49,867 nt of DNA from a virus (IMGVR_UViG_3300012953_006946:1-49867), one strand, 5' to 3'; counted from the stretch's first letter, positions 28,101 to 37,937 are shown. The notes: a model not told the origin generated them from the letters alone. Program-made: numbers and translations.

Positions 28101-28724
28101 CACGATGTACTGACAATGATTTCCGGAAGTGCTGGAAAGCATGGCCAGCAAAATTCCAGACTTATGATAGCAGGTGATACTGCAGTTTCAGGTGTTTTAT
28201 TCACGCATGGCGGAATTGCCATGGGAACAAATAAGGATCTAGGAAACATTCAGATGGGAACTCTTCCATCCATGTTTCAGGGTGAGTGGGCGGCTTTTGG
28301 ATCGCCAAACGGTGGTTCATTCGGAACAACAATGTACGGAAGCCTTTATGCAATGAATCGATCTAACACTTGGGTTTTGGCATCTTCTTCCTGGACAGGT
28401 ACAGACTCCGGAACTCCTGCATCTTCTTCTCTTTTAGGAATTGCTACAGGTATGGGTGTGGAGTATGGAATTCTATTAAAAGGGTACGCGTATATCGGAG
28501 GAATTCCCGGGATGCTTCCCGCCAGGTTTAGTGGTTCTTGGGTTGCTGGTCAAGCAATTTACATGGCTAGTGGAAAGTTAGGCTCAGATGATGGTGCACA
28601 GTTTTCCGACGAGTTTACTAAACCTGCCAGTAGCGGACAATTTGCTAGACTTCTAGGACATATGACAACAAAAGAAAATGTAATTTACTTTAATCCTTCA
28701 AACGACTGGATTGTTATTGAATAA
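25134..28724 (+). CDS. Long tail fibre-like/virion structural protein
   Basis: 1196 aa with about 11 F.VSG...GGD.VVSG modules and a DGTVGAPSITF.SD.NTG motif seen in phage fibres. Confidence 0.78.
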   Translation: MALKGNISGSVAHDYKVGITGSVIIGRPRQTTAHLPVPGHDVVLFVSGAAGGKGIGDDSPKSKSTTVIAGDLVHSGVAYFAAKETFPNITNEKLVFSGISPSVTFFVSGANHSRPFEPGKKGVSVIGGDLLVSGGLIVLPGGMHNEDPKAFKDVSLMTTMFVSGTVKGDPPHISNTLHSIFGGDLVVSGGLRVGEGRGHHGNNTWYGGTISGSIHHTELGVSYLVAGNNTTVASASNGQVTIGSTTTPTFDDITLTGELKASDGTVGAPSITFSSDTNTGFFRSASDKLNISVGGVEVVEVSTAAISGSSVETGLLFSDSGDLEIENEASDKDIIFKVKDGSTTKTLLTLDADIPMNFVTADIPLGFGSVGNIISGSATPAAGLGLALKSNNSIWLSGSSGVYFGKRTGNGSYDNAGADVTFFVSGSREKKGTDVRGTAVFGGDVVTSGSLEVGLKATQSTNGLDADAFIVNTKNYKKRLLVDGAQDRVVIGALGNQAKAVVIGSDTLFFVSGAIGSIGHDHQGASVFGGDLVVSGAVVLAVTASHVRTTGNQILLVGAQSITGSDVGIFFSGSKNTQGNIGSYGTTLIGGDTYISGTLMPEEIAFPFDGGKLLFGNNEEVSLTHVNNHGLRIGNTAMGEGTTRLLFGDIGTFIHQSADGVLDLNADTEIEINATDIDMNGSVSMSGEFSVVGPVVINDGGADKDFRIEGGAGKAGMLLIDAGTGQVGILTDGTAAANAYGLNASTTGIPTDVSFFVSGSVYSEAGVGGIGYNGTTLVGGDLVVSGIIAGGAPYGQRELLLKSQQVSITNSTEDGMSAHFGQDVQFAVSGTAGSVSRGLGEGVSVFAGDVVVSGSVYLGMHNLYNNQSAEKSLIGAGRDVNMFVSGAQSSKDNDAKVGVSVFGGDLVVSGVGFHNLSNIGHEDKQLRGVGHNVGFFVSGSQNAVRYGTSRGVSVFGGDLVVSGTTFLGMGDASLENAKGSNNLVPPGVGHDVLTMISGSAGKHGQQNSRLMIAGDTAVSGVLFTHGGIAMGTNKDLGNIQMGTLPSMFQGEWAAFGSPNGGSFGTTMYGSLYAMNRSNTWVLASSSWTGTDSGTPASSSLLGIATGMGVEYGILLKGYAYIGGIPGMLPARFSGSWVAGQAIYMASGKLGSDDGAQFSDEFTKPASSGQFARLLGHMTTKENVIYFNPSNDWIVIE

Positions 28725-28825
28725 TGGGGTGAAAATCTTATGCAAGATGAGACACGAATTCCTACCACAAAAACAGCTGAGCGTGTCTGTGTAATAAATG
28801 CTTCAGAATTTTCGAGGGGGTGAAT

Positions 28826-30301
28826 ATGAGTGAAGTTGTCGTTCCGCTTAAGCCTTCTCAAGTCATGATAGTCAAAGAAGATAAAACTTTAATAAGATGT
28901 TACGGTCATCAAAATCCTCAATATTACTATGATGAAAATTATGATTTAAATCCTATTAATGTAAGCATTGTAGAGTCATCTTCTAGCTCGATTGGTGGTA
29001 TATACCTAAGAAACAAAAACATAATCTCTGTAGGCCACAGAAACAGCTCTGAGACTTATAAATACCTAGGTTTACGCCCTTCGCAAAATCAGACAAGTGG
29101 GTCTGAGCAGCTGGAGTGGAGTTTAAACTCTGCAGAAATTAATGGAAGTAATATAAACCTATCCCTAGGACAAAACGAAGAAATAGATGCAGTAACTAGA
29201 AAGCTAGGAAATGTGCACATTGTTTCAAATCGTCAAAGAACTTCTCAGCTAGTAGAAATACCTTCTAGTACGACAGTTACAGACTTTAGTATTACTTTCA
29301 CAATTCATCTTACAGGCTTGAGGATTGCCAATACAATTAATTCTGAAACCGGCTTTTATGAACAAGATAGTAGAGGAAGATATAGAATAGAAAATGAACA
29401 TGGTGACTTTAGGTTTTGGATAGTTCGTCCTATTTTAATGGATGATAATTATGACTGGGTATATGATGAGACAAAAGATTATTGGCTTACTGATCACTCG
29501 CTAAAGTTAAATTCTGACGGTACTTATGAATACATTAAAAAACCTTCACCTGACATGCTATTTAACAGCGTAAGCCTACCGGCTTCAGTAAAATTTATTG
29601 ACTCAACAACAATATACTCTGAAAGTGAAGACTTTTACGCCGGCGACTTTAGGAATAGTGGAGGAAACTGGGCTGATTTGAGAAATGATACTAGTTCTCC
29701 GGGTGGTGGAGCATATATGAATACAGGCACCACTACAGGACAGGCCCTAGCACATAAAAAAACTAGTGGGTTTAAGTACATTAGAAGAGTTTATTTTCAT
29801 TTTGATACTAGCGCTGTTACTAACACACCAACCGCAGGTACACTCAAAGTTTACGCTACTGATACTGACTCATCGACAAATAGTGACTTTGTTGTTTGCA
29901 AATCGACTGATGATGGATCTCCGGCAGAAGATGATATGGATGCAATAGATTTTAGTGTAGTGTATTCAGATATCATCACTCGAGGAAACTCAGCGGGATA
30001 CAAGACATTTACTTTAAATTCTACAGCTTTTTCAGACATTGCCAGCTTAAGCCTCTTTAAGTGCGGAGTCTGTGAAGAACCTCATGACAAAGATAATGAT
30101 GAGCCTGATGCCAGTTCAACTGAGCAAAAATTCTTAATGACAATTAGAATGTCTGACTACACCGGTACCGGATCAGATCCGTATATTGAGATAACTGTTC
30201 CTGTTTTTTGTTTTCTAGTCGGTATCTTGTCCAGCGGAATATCATCCGTGTCAGGTATAACTAGTATTGCTAGTAGATCTGGAATAGAATTCGATCTTTA
30301 A
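28826..30301 (+). CDS. Probable virion-associated protein with a C-terminal beta-sandwich (DNRLRE/CBM96-like) domain
   Basis: IRRVYFHFDTSAV....AGTLKVY ... DPYIEIT pattern. GAGGGG RBS before ATG 28826. Confidence 0.5.
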   Translation: MSEVVVPLKPSQVMIVKEDKTLIRCYGHQNPQYYYDENYDLNPINVSIVESSSSSIGGIYLRNKNIISVGHRNSSETYKYLGLRPSQNQTSGSEQLEWSLNSAEINGSNINLSLGQNEEIDAVTRKLGNVHIVSNRQRTSQLVEIPSSTTVTDFSITFTIHLTGLRIANTINSETGFYEQDSRGRYRIENEHGDFRFWIVRPILMDDNYDWVYDETKDYWLTDHSLKLNSDGTYEYIKKPSPDMLFNSVSLPASVKFIDSTTIYSESEDFYAGDFRNSGGNWADLRNDTSSPGGGAYMNTGTTTGQALAHKKTSGFKYIRRVYFHFDTSAVTNTPTAGTLKVYATDTDSSTNSDFVVCKSTDDGSPAEDDMDAIDFSVVYSDIITRGNSAGYKTFTLNSTAFSDIASLSLFKCGVCEEPHDKDNDEPDASSTEQKFLMTIRMSDYTGTGSDPYIEITVPVFCFLVGILSSGISSVSGITSIASRSGIEFDL

Positions 30302-30481
30302 TCTATAGTCTATAGTCTAGACTCTTTCTATCTAATAGAGTTTATAGTATCTTAAGAACAGAATATTATTTGTTTCTAGAATCAGTTAGATTAATAATCT
30401 ACTGGAAACAGAATTTGTATAACTAGTTGTACAAAAAAATATTTGTGTGTAGATTTCATATAAGAACAGGAGATTAGAATT
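30302..30481 (+). promoter_or_regulatory. AT-rich intergenic control region with promoter TTGTAC-N17-TAGATT (30427-30455), a 22-bp palindrome and a hairpin
   Basis: Longest non-coding gap in the window. TTTGTATAACTAGTTGTACAAA at 30414-30435. AGGAG RBS. Confidence 0.55.
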
Positions 30482-32407
30482 ATGTTTCAGAGTCCTTTTG
30501 GGTCTAAAACCGCAACAAAGACAATCCCAGAAAATTCAGAAGTAGTTTTTGTTTCTGATATGTTTGCTAGTGACTATGTGGGAGGTGCCGAATTAACTAG
30601 CCAGTCATTAATAGACTCTGCACCTTTTAAGGTGGCAACCCTTCGAAGTAGAGAAGTAACTACAGAACTTCTAGAGCAAGGCCACCAAAAATATTGGATA
30701 TTTGGAAATTTCTCAGATCTCAACAAGGAATTAATTCCTACGATCGTAGCGAATATGACATATTCCGTTTTGGAATATGACTATAAATATTGCAAATGGA
30801 GATCTCCTCAGAAACATGAAGCAGCAGAAAATTCTCCTTGTGACTGTCATAATTCTCTAGAAGGAAAGATGGTCTCAGCATTTCTCCATGGCGCAAAGTC
30901 TCTGTGGTGGATGTCAGAAAAACAGATGGAATACTATCACAGCATATATCCATTTCTAGAAGAAAACGAAAATGTTGTTCTTAGTTCAGTTTTTGATGAT
31001 GCTTTTTTCCTAAGTGTTAAAATGCTTAAAGAAAAGTACAAGAATACAGAAAGGAAAGGATGGATTGTACTAGGTTCTACTAGCTGGGTCAAAGGGGCTG
31101 ACACTGCAGAAAAGTGGTGTAAAGATAACAATAAAGAATATGAAATTGTTTGGAACCTACCATATGATCAGGTTTTAGAAAAGCTAGCGCAAGCAGAAGG
31201 ATTTGTCTACCTTCCAACCGGATGGGACACGTGTCCTAGGATGGTTATTGAGGCAAAACTTTTAGGCTGTGAACTAGTTCTAAACGAAAACGTTCAGCAC
31301 AAAGACGAGATATGGTTTACTTCTGATGACGAATTTGATACTCAAGCTTACTTGTATGCAGCTAGAGAGAGATTTTGGAATTCCATTAAAAACGAAATGG
31401 ACTGGCAACCAAAAATAAGTGCGTACACAACAACATTAAATTGTAATGATAATGGATATCCATGGAAAGAGTGCATTGAGTCAATGTTAGGATTCGCTAA
31501 TCAAGTTGTTGTAGTCGACGGCGGATCAAGTGACGGAACATGGGAGCACTTAGAGAAGTGGTCAGATTCAGAAGAAAGGCTAGAAGTTTTTAGAATCGAG
31601 AGAGACTGGAATCATACAAGATTTGCTGTTTTTGACGGTTTACAAAAAGCTGAAGCGCGCTCTAGGTGTGTTGGAGATTTTTGCTGGCAGCAAGATGCTG
31701 ACGAAATTATTCATGAAAATGACTATTCTAAAATTGTAGATCTATGTAAAAACTTTCCTAAGCAAGTAGACATTGTTTCTCTTCCCGTAGTTGAGTACTG
31801 GGGAGGAAAAGAAAAAGTAAGACTGGACGTCACACCATGGAAGTGGAGGCTTTCTAGAAATAGCGATCACATAACACATGGCATCCCTAAGCAGCTAAGA
31901 AAGACTGATGAAGAAGGAAATCTTTACGCAGGGTTAGGAACTGATGGTTGTGACTATATTCACAAAGAAACATATGAAGTACTCCCTCATGCCAGTTTTT
32001 ACACACCGGAGGTTGATCAAGGCCGTCAAATAGCACTTTCAGGGGATCAAAAAGTTCTTAATGACTATCAAGAATGGTTTAGTAGAAATATTGAAATGCT
32101 TCCCTCAGTGCACCATTATTCTTGGTTTGACCTGTCCAGAAAAATAAAACTGTACAGAAACTACTGGTCGCAGCATTGGCAAAGTCTTTATGACATTCCA
32201 CAGGAAGACACACCAGAAAATAACATGTTCTTTGACAAGTCATGGAAAGATGTGTCTGATAAAGACATTAATAATCTGGCTTCTAGATTAAAAAACGAGA
32301 TGGGAGGATGGGTCTTTCACTCTAGGGTTGATTTTTCTAAACCTACACCACACATAAGTTTAAGTGTGTCTCATCCAAAAGTTATGAATGACTACATAGG
32401 AGAATGA
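30482..32407 (+). CDS. Bifunctional glycosyltransferase (GT-B/GT4-like N-terminal + GT-A/GT2 C-terminal)
   Basis: GGAE, DTCPRMVIEAKLLGC (GT4-like). VVVVDGGSSDGT and QQDADE (GT2 DxD). Confidence 0.85.
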   Translation: MFQSPFGSKTATKTIPENSEVVFVSDMFASDYVGGAELTSQSLIDSAPFKVATLRSREVTTELLEQGHQKYWIFGNFSDLNKELIPTIVANMTYSVLEYDYKYCKWRSPQKHEAAENSPCDCHNSLEGKMVSAFLHGAKSLWWMSEKQMEYYHSIYPFLEENENVVLSSVFDDAFFLSVKMLKEKYKNTERKGWIVLGSTSWVKGADTAEKWCKDNNKEYEIVWNLPYDQVLEKLAQAEGFVYLPTGWDTCPRMVIEAKLLGCELVLNENVQHKDEIWFTSDDEFDTQAYLYAARERFWNSIKNEMDWQPKISAYTTTLNCNDNGYPWKECIESMLGFANQVVVVDGGSSDGTWEHLEKWSDSEERLEVFRIERDWNHTRFAVFDGLQKAEARSRCVGDFCWQQDADEIIHENDYSKIVDLCKNFPKQVDIVSLPVVEYWGGKEKVRLDVTPWKWRLSRNSDHITHGIPKQLRKTDEEGNLYAGLGTDGCDYIHKETYEVLPHASFYTPEVDQGRQIALSGDQKVLNDYQEWFSRNIEMLPSVHHYSWFDLSRKIKLYRNYWSQHWQSLYDIPQEDTPENNMFFDKSWKDVSDKDINNLASRLKNEMGGWVFHSRVDFSKPTPHISLSVSHPKVMNDYIGE

Positions 32408-32411
32408 TAAT

Positions 32412-33200
32412 ATGACTTTTAATTTTACTGACAAGACTTTTGGTTCTCCCTTTGATCAGGTAAAACAAATAGATGTGCCACAAAAAACAGGAAATATTAA
32501 GAGAGTAGAAGTCGTAGATAAATTAAAACAACTAGGCTTTGAGGTCGGAAAAAATCTTTCACTAGGAAATTTTGACCAGATCGGAGAGTATACAGCAAGA
32601 AAAAATAGAGATCCATCTAGTGAACTTTACAGAACTGCTGGATGCTTTTTTAGACCGAATTATGAAAGAGGTCTCTTACTCTATGCATTAGTTAGACACT
32701 ACAAACCTGAGACAGTTCTAGAGATAGGATTTGGCAGAGGATATGGTACACTTTGCATAGCCATGGCCATGCACGAGAATGAAAAAGGGACAGTTACAAC
32801 TGTAGACCCTAATTTAAATGAAGATCATATTAAAAGACTTAGTCAGTCCTATCCTCAAGTCTGGTTTCCAAGAATTAATTTTGTCAAAGAAACATCTAAT
32901 GCTTTTTTTGCAAATCAAGCTGAAGAAAAATACGGAATTATTTTCTTAGATGGCGATCATAGATATGAAACTGTCAAATCTGACTGGAATTATAGTGAAA
33001 ATAGATTCGAGCATGCCATAGTTTTTGATGATTATCACATGCCAGATGTTAATCAAAAAGATATTGAAGTAGCTAGCGTTGTGGACTATATCGAAGGATA
33101 CGAGAAGGAGCTTATTATTACTGATCGAAGAATCTTTTTGGATGATAGAAAACTCACTAGTGACATCAATTACGGAATGGCAGTGCTCACCAGAAAATAA
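32412..33200 (+). CDS. Class I SAM-dependent methyltransferase (Methyltransf_24-like)
   Basis: VLEIGFGRG, IFLDGDH.YE, IVFDDY. Confidence 0.88.
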   Translation: MTFNFTDKTFGSPFDQVKQIDVPQKTGNIKRVEVVDKLKQLGFEVGKNLSLGNFDQIGEYTARKNRDPSSELYRTAGCFFRPNYERGLLLYALVRHYKPETVLEIGFGRGYGTLCIAMAMHENEKGTVTTVDPNLNEDHIKRLSQSYPQVWFPRINFVKETSNAFFANQAEEKYGIIFLDGDHRYETVKSDWNYSENRFEHAIVFDDYHMPDVNQKDIEVASVVDYIEGYEKELIITDRRIFLDDRKLTSDINYGMAVLTRK

Positions 33201-33210
33201 TAGGAAAATT

Positions 33211-33933
33211 ATGACAAATAACAATAGATTTGTTTTTATTATTCCATGCTTCAATGCCAAAGATACAATTGTGCAAATGATGCTTTCAGTCATCGCACAA
33301 ACCCATGGAAACTGGAAGATGGTTATCAGAGATGACATGTCAACTGATGGCACACCTGAAATTATTAAGGCATTTTCGTCTCATATGAATATTCAAGAAA
33401 AAGTTTCTTTGACAGTCAATACAGAAAAAATGTGGGAAGTAAGAAATATCTTAGAGGCACTTAAAGAATGTGAGGAAGATGATATTGTCTGTCGTCTAGA
33501 TGGCGATGATTGGCTTTGTGACCTAGACGTCTTGACAATAATTAATCACAGATATGCCACAATGGATATTGATGCACTGTGGACAGCACACAGGTGGGGT
33601 TTTCAAAACTATAATATTTCTAGTGAATTACCTGAAGGTGCTGATGTCTATAAGCACCCATGGGTAAGCTCTCATCTTAAGACCTTTAGAAAAAGCCTAG
33701 TGTCTAACGTAAAAGATGAAAACTTTAGAAATAAAGACGGCGAATACTTTAAAAGAATCGGCGATCAGGCTGTTTACTTGCCAGTTCTTCACAATTCTAA
33801 AAAATGGCACTTTGAACCTATAGTTGCATATCACTATACGATAGACGTGAAACCAGAAACATTTCAATCTGACGACGCAAAGTTTCAAAAATCAGAAGGC
33901 GAGTATCTTAGAGCCAGAGGCTTTTTGTCCTAG
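33211..33933 (+). CDS. Glycosyltransferase family 2
   Basis: IIPCFNA, DDMSTDGT, LDGDD. ATG 33211 follows AGGA. Confidence 0.9.
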   Translation: MTNNNRFVFIIPCFNAKDTIVQMMLSVIAQTHGNWKMVIRDDMSTDGTPEIIKAFSSHMNIQEKVSLTVNTEKMWEVRNILEALKECEEDDIVCRLDGDDWLCDLDVLTIINHRYATMDIDALWTAHRWGFQNYNISSELPEGADVYKHPWVSSHLKTFRKSLVSNVKDENFRNKDGEYFKRIGDQAVYLPVLHNSKKWHFEPIVAYHYTIDVKPETFQSDDAKFQKSEGEYLRARGFLS

Positions 33934-33952
33934 AAAAAAGAAGGAATTATTT

Positions 33953-34693
33953 ATGAAGTTTAAAAAAGACAATTTTATGCCCCCTCTTCCTGATGGAACA
34001 ATAGAAAAAACACTTCAGTACGAAGGCGGAGCTACATGGATATTTGCGCAGAGAGCTTTAGCTAACACTGAATTAGATTGTAGTGAATGTAGGTATTTAG
34101 AAGTAGGCCCAAAACACGGAATACACACTTTACTTATAGACTGTCATAAGCCTAAAAGCATCACATGTGTGGAATCACCTGGTAAGCTAAGACACAATGA
34201 AACATTTCTTCGATACAACAGGACTTGGGTTCCACATATTGAAACAGAAGACTTTGAAATGTTGTATCAAGACTTTGGTCGTTTTTCAAGTAAAGAAAAA
34301 TATGATCTCTTATTTTATTGTGGAGTGCTATATCACAACATTGATCAGATGGGTCATCTTAAAAAGCTGCATGACTTAGCGTCAGAAGATGCCTATGTAA
34401 TTTTTGAGTCTTGTACTAGCAGAAATAAAGACTTAAAAGACAAAAATTTAATTGAAATTCACTATCAACCATATTCTGATTTGTATCGAGGGGCGGTTAC
34501 ACCAATATTCTTTCCTACAAAACTAGCATGTATGTCAATGCTTGAAATATCCGGATGGAACGTATTAGAAACCTCAGACGATTATAGTGATATTTCTAAT
34601 CCAGAAAGAGTTACTATCCTTTGTCAAAAAGGAAGTCCCATGAAAAATCCAGGTTCTGCATCTCCTATAGAGATAGACTCAACATACGAGTAA
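33953..34693 (+). CDS. Class I SAM-dependent methyltransferase
   Basis: YLEVGPKHG, YDLLFYCGVLYH. Confidence 0.8.
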   Translation: MKFKKDNFMPPLPDGTIEKTLQYEGGATWIFAQRALANTELDCSECRYLEVGPKHGIHTLLIDCHKPKSITCVESPGKLRHNETFLRYNRTWVPHIETEDFEMLYQDFGRFSSKEKYDLLFYCGVLYHNIDQMGHLKKLHDLASEDAYVIFESCTSRNKDLKDKNLIEIHYQPYSDLYRGAVTPIFFPTKLACMSMLEISGWNVLETSDDYSDISNPERVTILCQKGSPMKNPGSASPIEIDSTYE

Positions 34694-34702
34694 TATATTA
34701 AT

Positions 34703-35617
34703 ATGCTAGTTCATTTTTCTAATGTGAATTTTTCATCAAATAGTGGACCAAACTCTTTTGCTTCTAGGTTAGCAAATCAACTTACTTTAATGGGGCATAA
34801 AATTGTAGGAGAAAGCGATGCCTACGACTCTTTTTTAATATTCATAGAGCCATCTAGTAAACCTAGAGAGGGGTCCAGAATAGTTCATCGCCTGGACGGT
34901 ATTTGGTTCAAACCCGATCAGTTTCATACACACAATAAACTAATAAGATGGTCATATGAAAATAGTGATCACGTAGTATGGCAATCAAATTTTGACAAAC
35001 AAATGACATGTCATCACTGGGGCAGCCGCCCAGGCTCTGTAATACACAATGGCATAGAAATTAAAAAAACAGAAGTAACTGAGCCATCGATAGACACAAT
35101 TAGAAGAGCTTATAAGTACATGTTTGTTTGCTCAGCAAATTGGCACAGGCAAAAGCGACTAAAAGAAAATATGGAGCTTTTCTTCAAACTAAAAGAAAAG
35201 TACCCTAGTTCTTGTCTAGTAGTTATGGGAAGCACCCCGGATTGCCCTGTCAGCCATGATGACGTTTTTTATACAGGTTCAATACCTCACTCTTCATGTT
35301 TGGAAATGTACTCAGCTGCTGACTGGATGATACACTTGGCATGGCTCGATCACTGCCCTAATGTTGTTGTTGAAGCGCTTTCTCAAAATTGTCCAGTAAT
35401 TTGTAACGACTCCGGAGGGACAAAAGAAATTGTAAGAAACAACGGAGTAGTAATAAAAGAAAACAATCCATACAATTTTGAGCTAGCTGATTATGATAGA
35501 CCATATGAGCTTACTGTGCCATCTCTAGAGCTTCCAAAACTTGAAATTGATAATTCATACCTGGACATAAAGAAAGTAGCTCAGAAGTACATCAGAGTTT
35601 TAGGAGGAACAAACTAA
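34703..35617 (+). CDS. Glycosyltransferase family 4 (GT-B)
   Basis: IHNG, K, DHCPNVVVEALS..CPVI...SGGT.E. Confidence 0.88.
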   Translation: MLVHFSNVNFSSNSGPNSFASRLANQLTLMGHKIVGESDAYDSFLIFIEPSSKPREGSRIVHRLDGIWFKPDQFHTHNKLIRWSYENSDHVVWQSNFDKQMTCHHWGSRPGSVIHNGIEIKKTEVTEPSIDTIRRAYKYMFVCSANWHRQKRLKENMELFFKLKEKYPSSCLVVMGSTPDCPVSHDDVFYTGSIPHSSCLEMYSAADWMIHLAWLDHCPNVVVEALSQNCPVICNDSGGTKEIVRNNGVVIKENNPYNFELADYDRPYELTVPSLELPKLEIDNSYLDIKKVAQKYIRVLGGTN

Positions 35618-36532
35618 ATGAAAGTCTTTGTTTTAGCGCCTCAAGAGAATTGGATATGTGATAGAATAGTAAAAGAGTGGTACAGTTACATGGGCCACAC
35701 TTGTACAGAAAATATTATGGAAGCTGATATATTATGGCTTCAAGCTGGTTGGTGCTGGAATCATATAAACCCAATGCTTTTGAAGAATAAAAAAGTTGTG
35801 TTAACTGAGCATCACATTGTCCCTGAAAAGTTTGGAGAAAATGAAAAGAAAGTTTTTCTTTACAGAGACCAGTTTGTTGACGCCTATCATGTTCCTAACA
35901 AATTCACATGCGATTTTATTAGAAGTATGACAACTAAACCAGTATATGTGATTGGCTACTGGTTTGACCCGAATGTTTGGTATCCGGAAGATAAATTAGA
36001 ATGTAGAGAAATGCTAGGTCTTTCTAATGACAAATTTATTGTAGGCTCTTTTCAAAGAGACACAGAAGGAGGAACTAGAAGTCCTAAGCTTGAGAAAGGA
36101 CCAGATGTTTTTTGCAATTACTTGGAGCGTCTAGATAGAAAAGATTTACATGTTCTCCTAGGAGGTTGGAGAAGAGAGTATGTTATTGATAGACTCAATA
36201 CTGCCGGAATTCCATATACAATGATGGAAAAAGCTCCTATTGATACAATTAGAAAAATGTATAATGCATGTGATCTATATGTTGTAGGGTCTAGACACGA
36301 AGGAGGACCTCAAGCTTTGTATGAAGCAGCGGCTATGAATGTTCCAATAGTTTCAACTAATGTAGGAACTGCATCACAAGTACTTTCCAGCGCATGCATT
36401 ATCGACATGGAAAATAAAATATATTATCCTTCTAAAGACGATGTAGCAACAAATTATAAAAATGTACAGAAGTTCAGTATTATTAATCATGCTGCAAACT
36501 ATGAAAAAATGCTTCAAGGATGTATTTCATGA
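35618..36532 (+). CDS. Glycosyltransferase family 4 (GT-B)
   Basis: EKGPD, YNACDLY..SRHEGGPQALYEA...VPIVST.VG (EX7E). Confidence 0.9.
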   Translation: MKVFVLAPQENWICDRIVKEWYSYMGHTCTENIMEADILWLQAGWCWNHINPMLLKNKKVVLTEHHIVPEKFGENEKKVFLYRDQFVDAYHVPNKFTCDFIRSMTTKPVYVIGYWFDPNVWYPEDKLECREMLGLSNDKFIVGSFQRDTEGGTRSPKLEKGPDVFCNYLERLDRKDLHVLLGGWRREYVIDRLNTAGIPYTMMEKAPIDTIRKMYNACDLYVVGSRHEGGPQALYEAAAMNVPIVSTNVGTASQVLSSACIIDMENKIYYPSKDDVATNYKNVQKFSIINHAANYEKMLQGCIS

Positions 36533-37518
36533 ATAAAAAAAGAGCTCTTATTACCGGTGTCAATGGCATGGACGGATCACACTTAGCAGACTTTCTACTT
36601 GATAAAGGGTATGAAGTATTTGGCTTAGAACGAAGATCTTCTGTAAAAAATAGAACAAATACATTGCATCTAGAAGGAAAGATAAAATTTATTACAGGAG
36701 ACTTGACTGATCAAAATTCTTTGGTGCGCGCACTTAAGGACAGCAACCCGGATGAGATATACAATCTAGCATCTCAGTCTTTTGTAGGCAAATCATGGTC
36801 AATTCCTGAGTATACGTCCGATGTCACAGGCTTAGGCGTTCTTAGAATGCTTGAAGCAATTAGAGAGTTTAATAAGAACATTAAATTCTATCAAGCAAGT
36901 TCTTCAGAGATGTTTGGGAGGATGGTAGAAAATCCTGCAAACGAGAACACTCCTTTTTACCCTAGAAGTCCTTATGGTGTATCAAAACTATATGGCCACT
37001 GGATAACCAAGAACTACAGGGAGTCCTACGGAATGTATACAACATCTGGCATTCTTTTTAATCATGAGTCTGAAAGAAGAGGTCTGGAGTTTGTTACTAG
37101 AAAAATATCTGAAGGAGTTGCAAGAATTCATTTAGGTCTTTCTGATGAAATTACATTAGGAAATTTAGAATCAAAAAGAGACTGGGGCTATGCAGTTGAT
37201 TATGTTGAAGCAATGTGGATGATGATGCAGCAAGATTCTCCTGACGACTATGTCATAGCCACCGGGGAAACTCATTCAATTAGAGACTTTTTAGACGCGG
37301 CTTTTTCTCATATAGGTGTAGAAGACTGGTCAGGATATATTAAGCAAGATCCTAGGTTTATGCGCCCGGCTGAAGTTGATGTACTCAGAGGAGACTATGA
37401 AAAAGCAAATAAAGATTTTGGTTGGAAACCTAGAGTTAACTTTAAAGAATTAGTAGAGATCATGGTAAAATATGATATTGAAAATTTAAATAAAAAAATA
37501 AAAGATGCCAAAAATTGA
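36529..37518 (+). CDS. gmd: GDP-mannose 4,6-dehydratase
   Basis: ALITGVNGMDG, QASSSEMFG, PRSPYGVSK, FNHES.RRG.EFVTRK, RDWG, RPAEVD.L.GD. Confidence 0.96.
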   Translation: MNKKRALITGVNGMDGSHLADFLLDKGYEVFGLERRSSVKNRTNTLHLEGKIKFITGDLTDQNSLVRALKDSNPDEIYNLASQSFVGKSWSIPEYTSDVTGLGVLRMLEAIREFNKNIKFYQASSSEMFGRMVENPANENTPFYPRSPYGVSKLYGHWITKNYRESYGMYTTSGILFNHESERRGLEFVTRKISEGVARIHLGLSDEITLGNLESKRDWGYAVDYVEAMWMMMQQDSPDDYVIATGETHSIRDFLDAAFSHIGVEDWSGYIKQDPRFMRPAEVDVLRGDYEKANKDFGWKPRVNFKELVEIMVKYDIENLNKKIKDAKN

Positions 37519-37861
37519 TATAAAATTTGTCCCTAAAGGTTGGGGCTTTGAAAAGTGGATTGTTAATAACAAAGAATACTGTGGAAAGCTGCTTTACTTT
37601 GTCAAAGATAAAAGATGCTCTTGGCACTATCATAAACTCAAAGATGAAGTTTTCTATATTCAAACAGGCAAAGTTTTAGTAAAATATTCTGATGATGACA
37701 ATCTAAGTCAGGCAAAAGAAATTATACTTTCAAAAGGTGATAATTTTCATGTCTATCGAGGATTAAGGCACCAAGTAATAGCTTTAGAAGACACAGAAAT
37801 GTTTGAGTTCTCGACACAACACTTTGATAGTGATTCTCATAGAGTCCAACGTGGTGACTAA
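37505..37861 (+). CDS. Cupin-domain sugar isomerase-like protein
   Basis: KGWG.E, YCGK, SWHYH..KDE.FY, H...ALED...EFST. Confidence 0.8.
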   Translation: MPKIDIKFVPKGWGFEKWIVNNKEYCGKLLYFVKDKRCSWHYHKLKDEVFYIQTGKVLVKYSDDDNLSQAKEIILSKGDNFHVYRGLRHQVIALEDTEMFEFSTQHFDSDSHRVQRGD

Positions 37862-37937
37862 TTAGTAGTCCACACCGCATCAGGCTTAAACTTATATCCA
37901 GCTGCATCTACAATATTACTAGCAAGGAGAGCGTTTG

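Noticed and set aside
21708-28724. Diversity-generating retroelement or invertase shufflon acting on fibres
   Set aside because: No reverse transcriptase, recombinase, inverted cassettes or adenine-specific TR/VR pair is visible in the window.
28725-28825. 27-aa ORF (28740-28823) between structural genes
   Set aside because: Short, with no clear RBS or recognisable motif; it cannot be supported.
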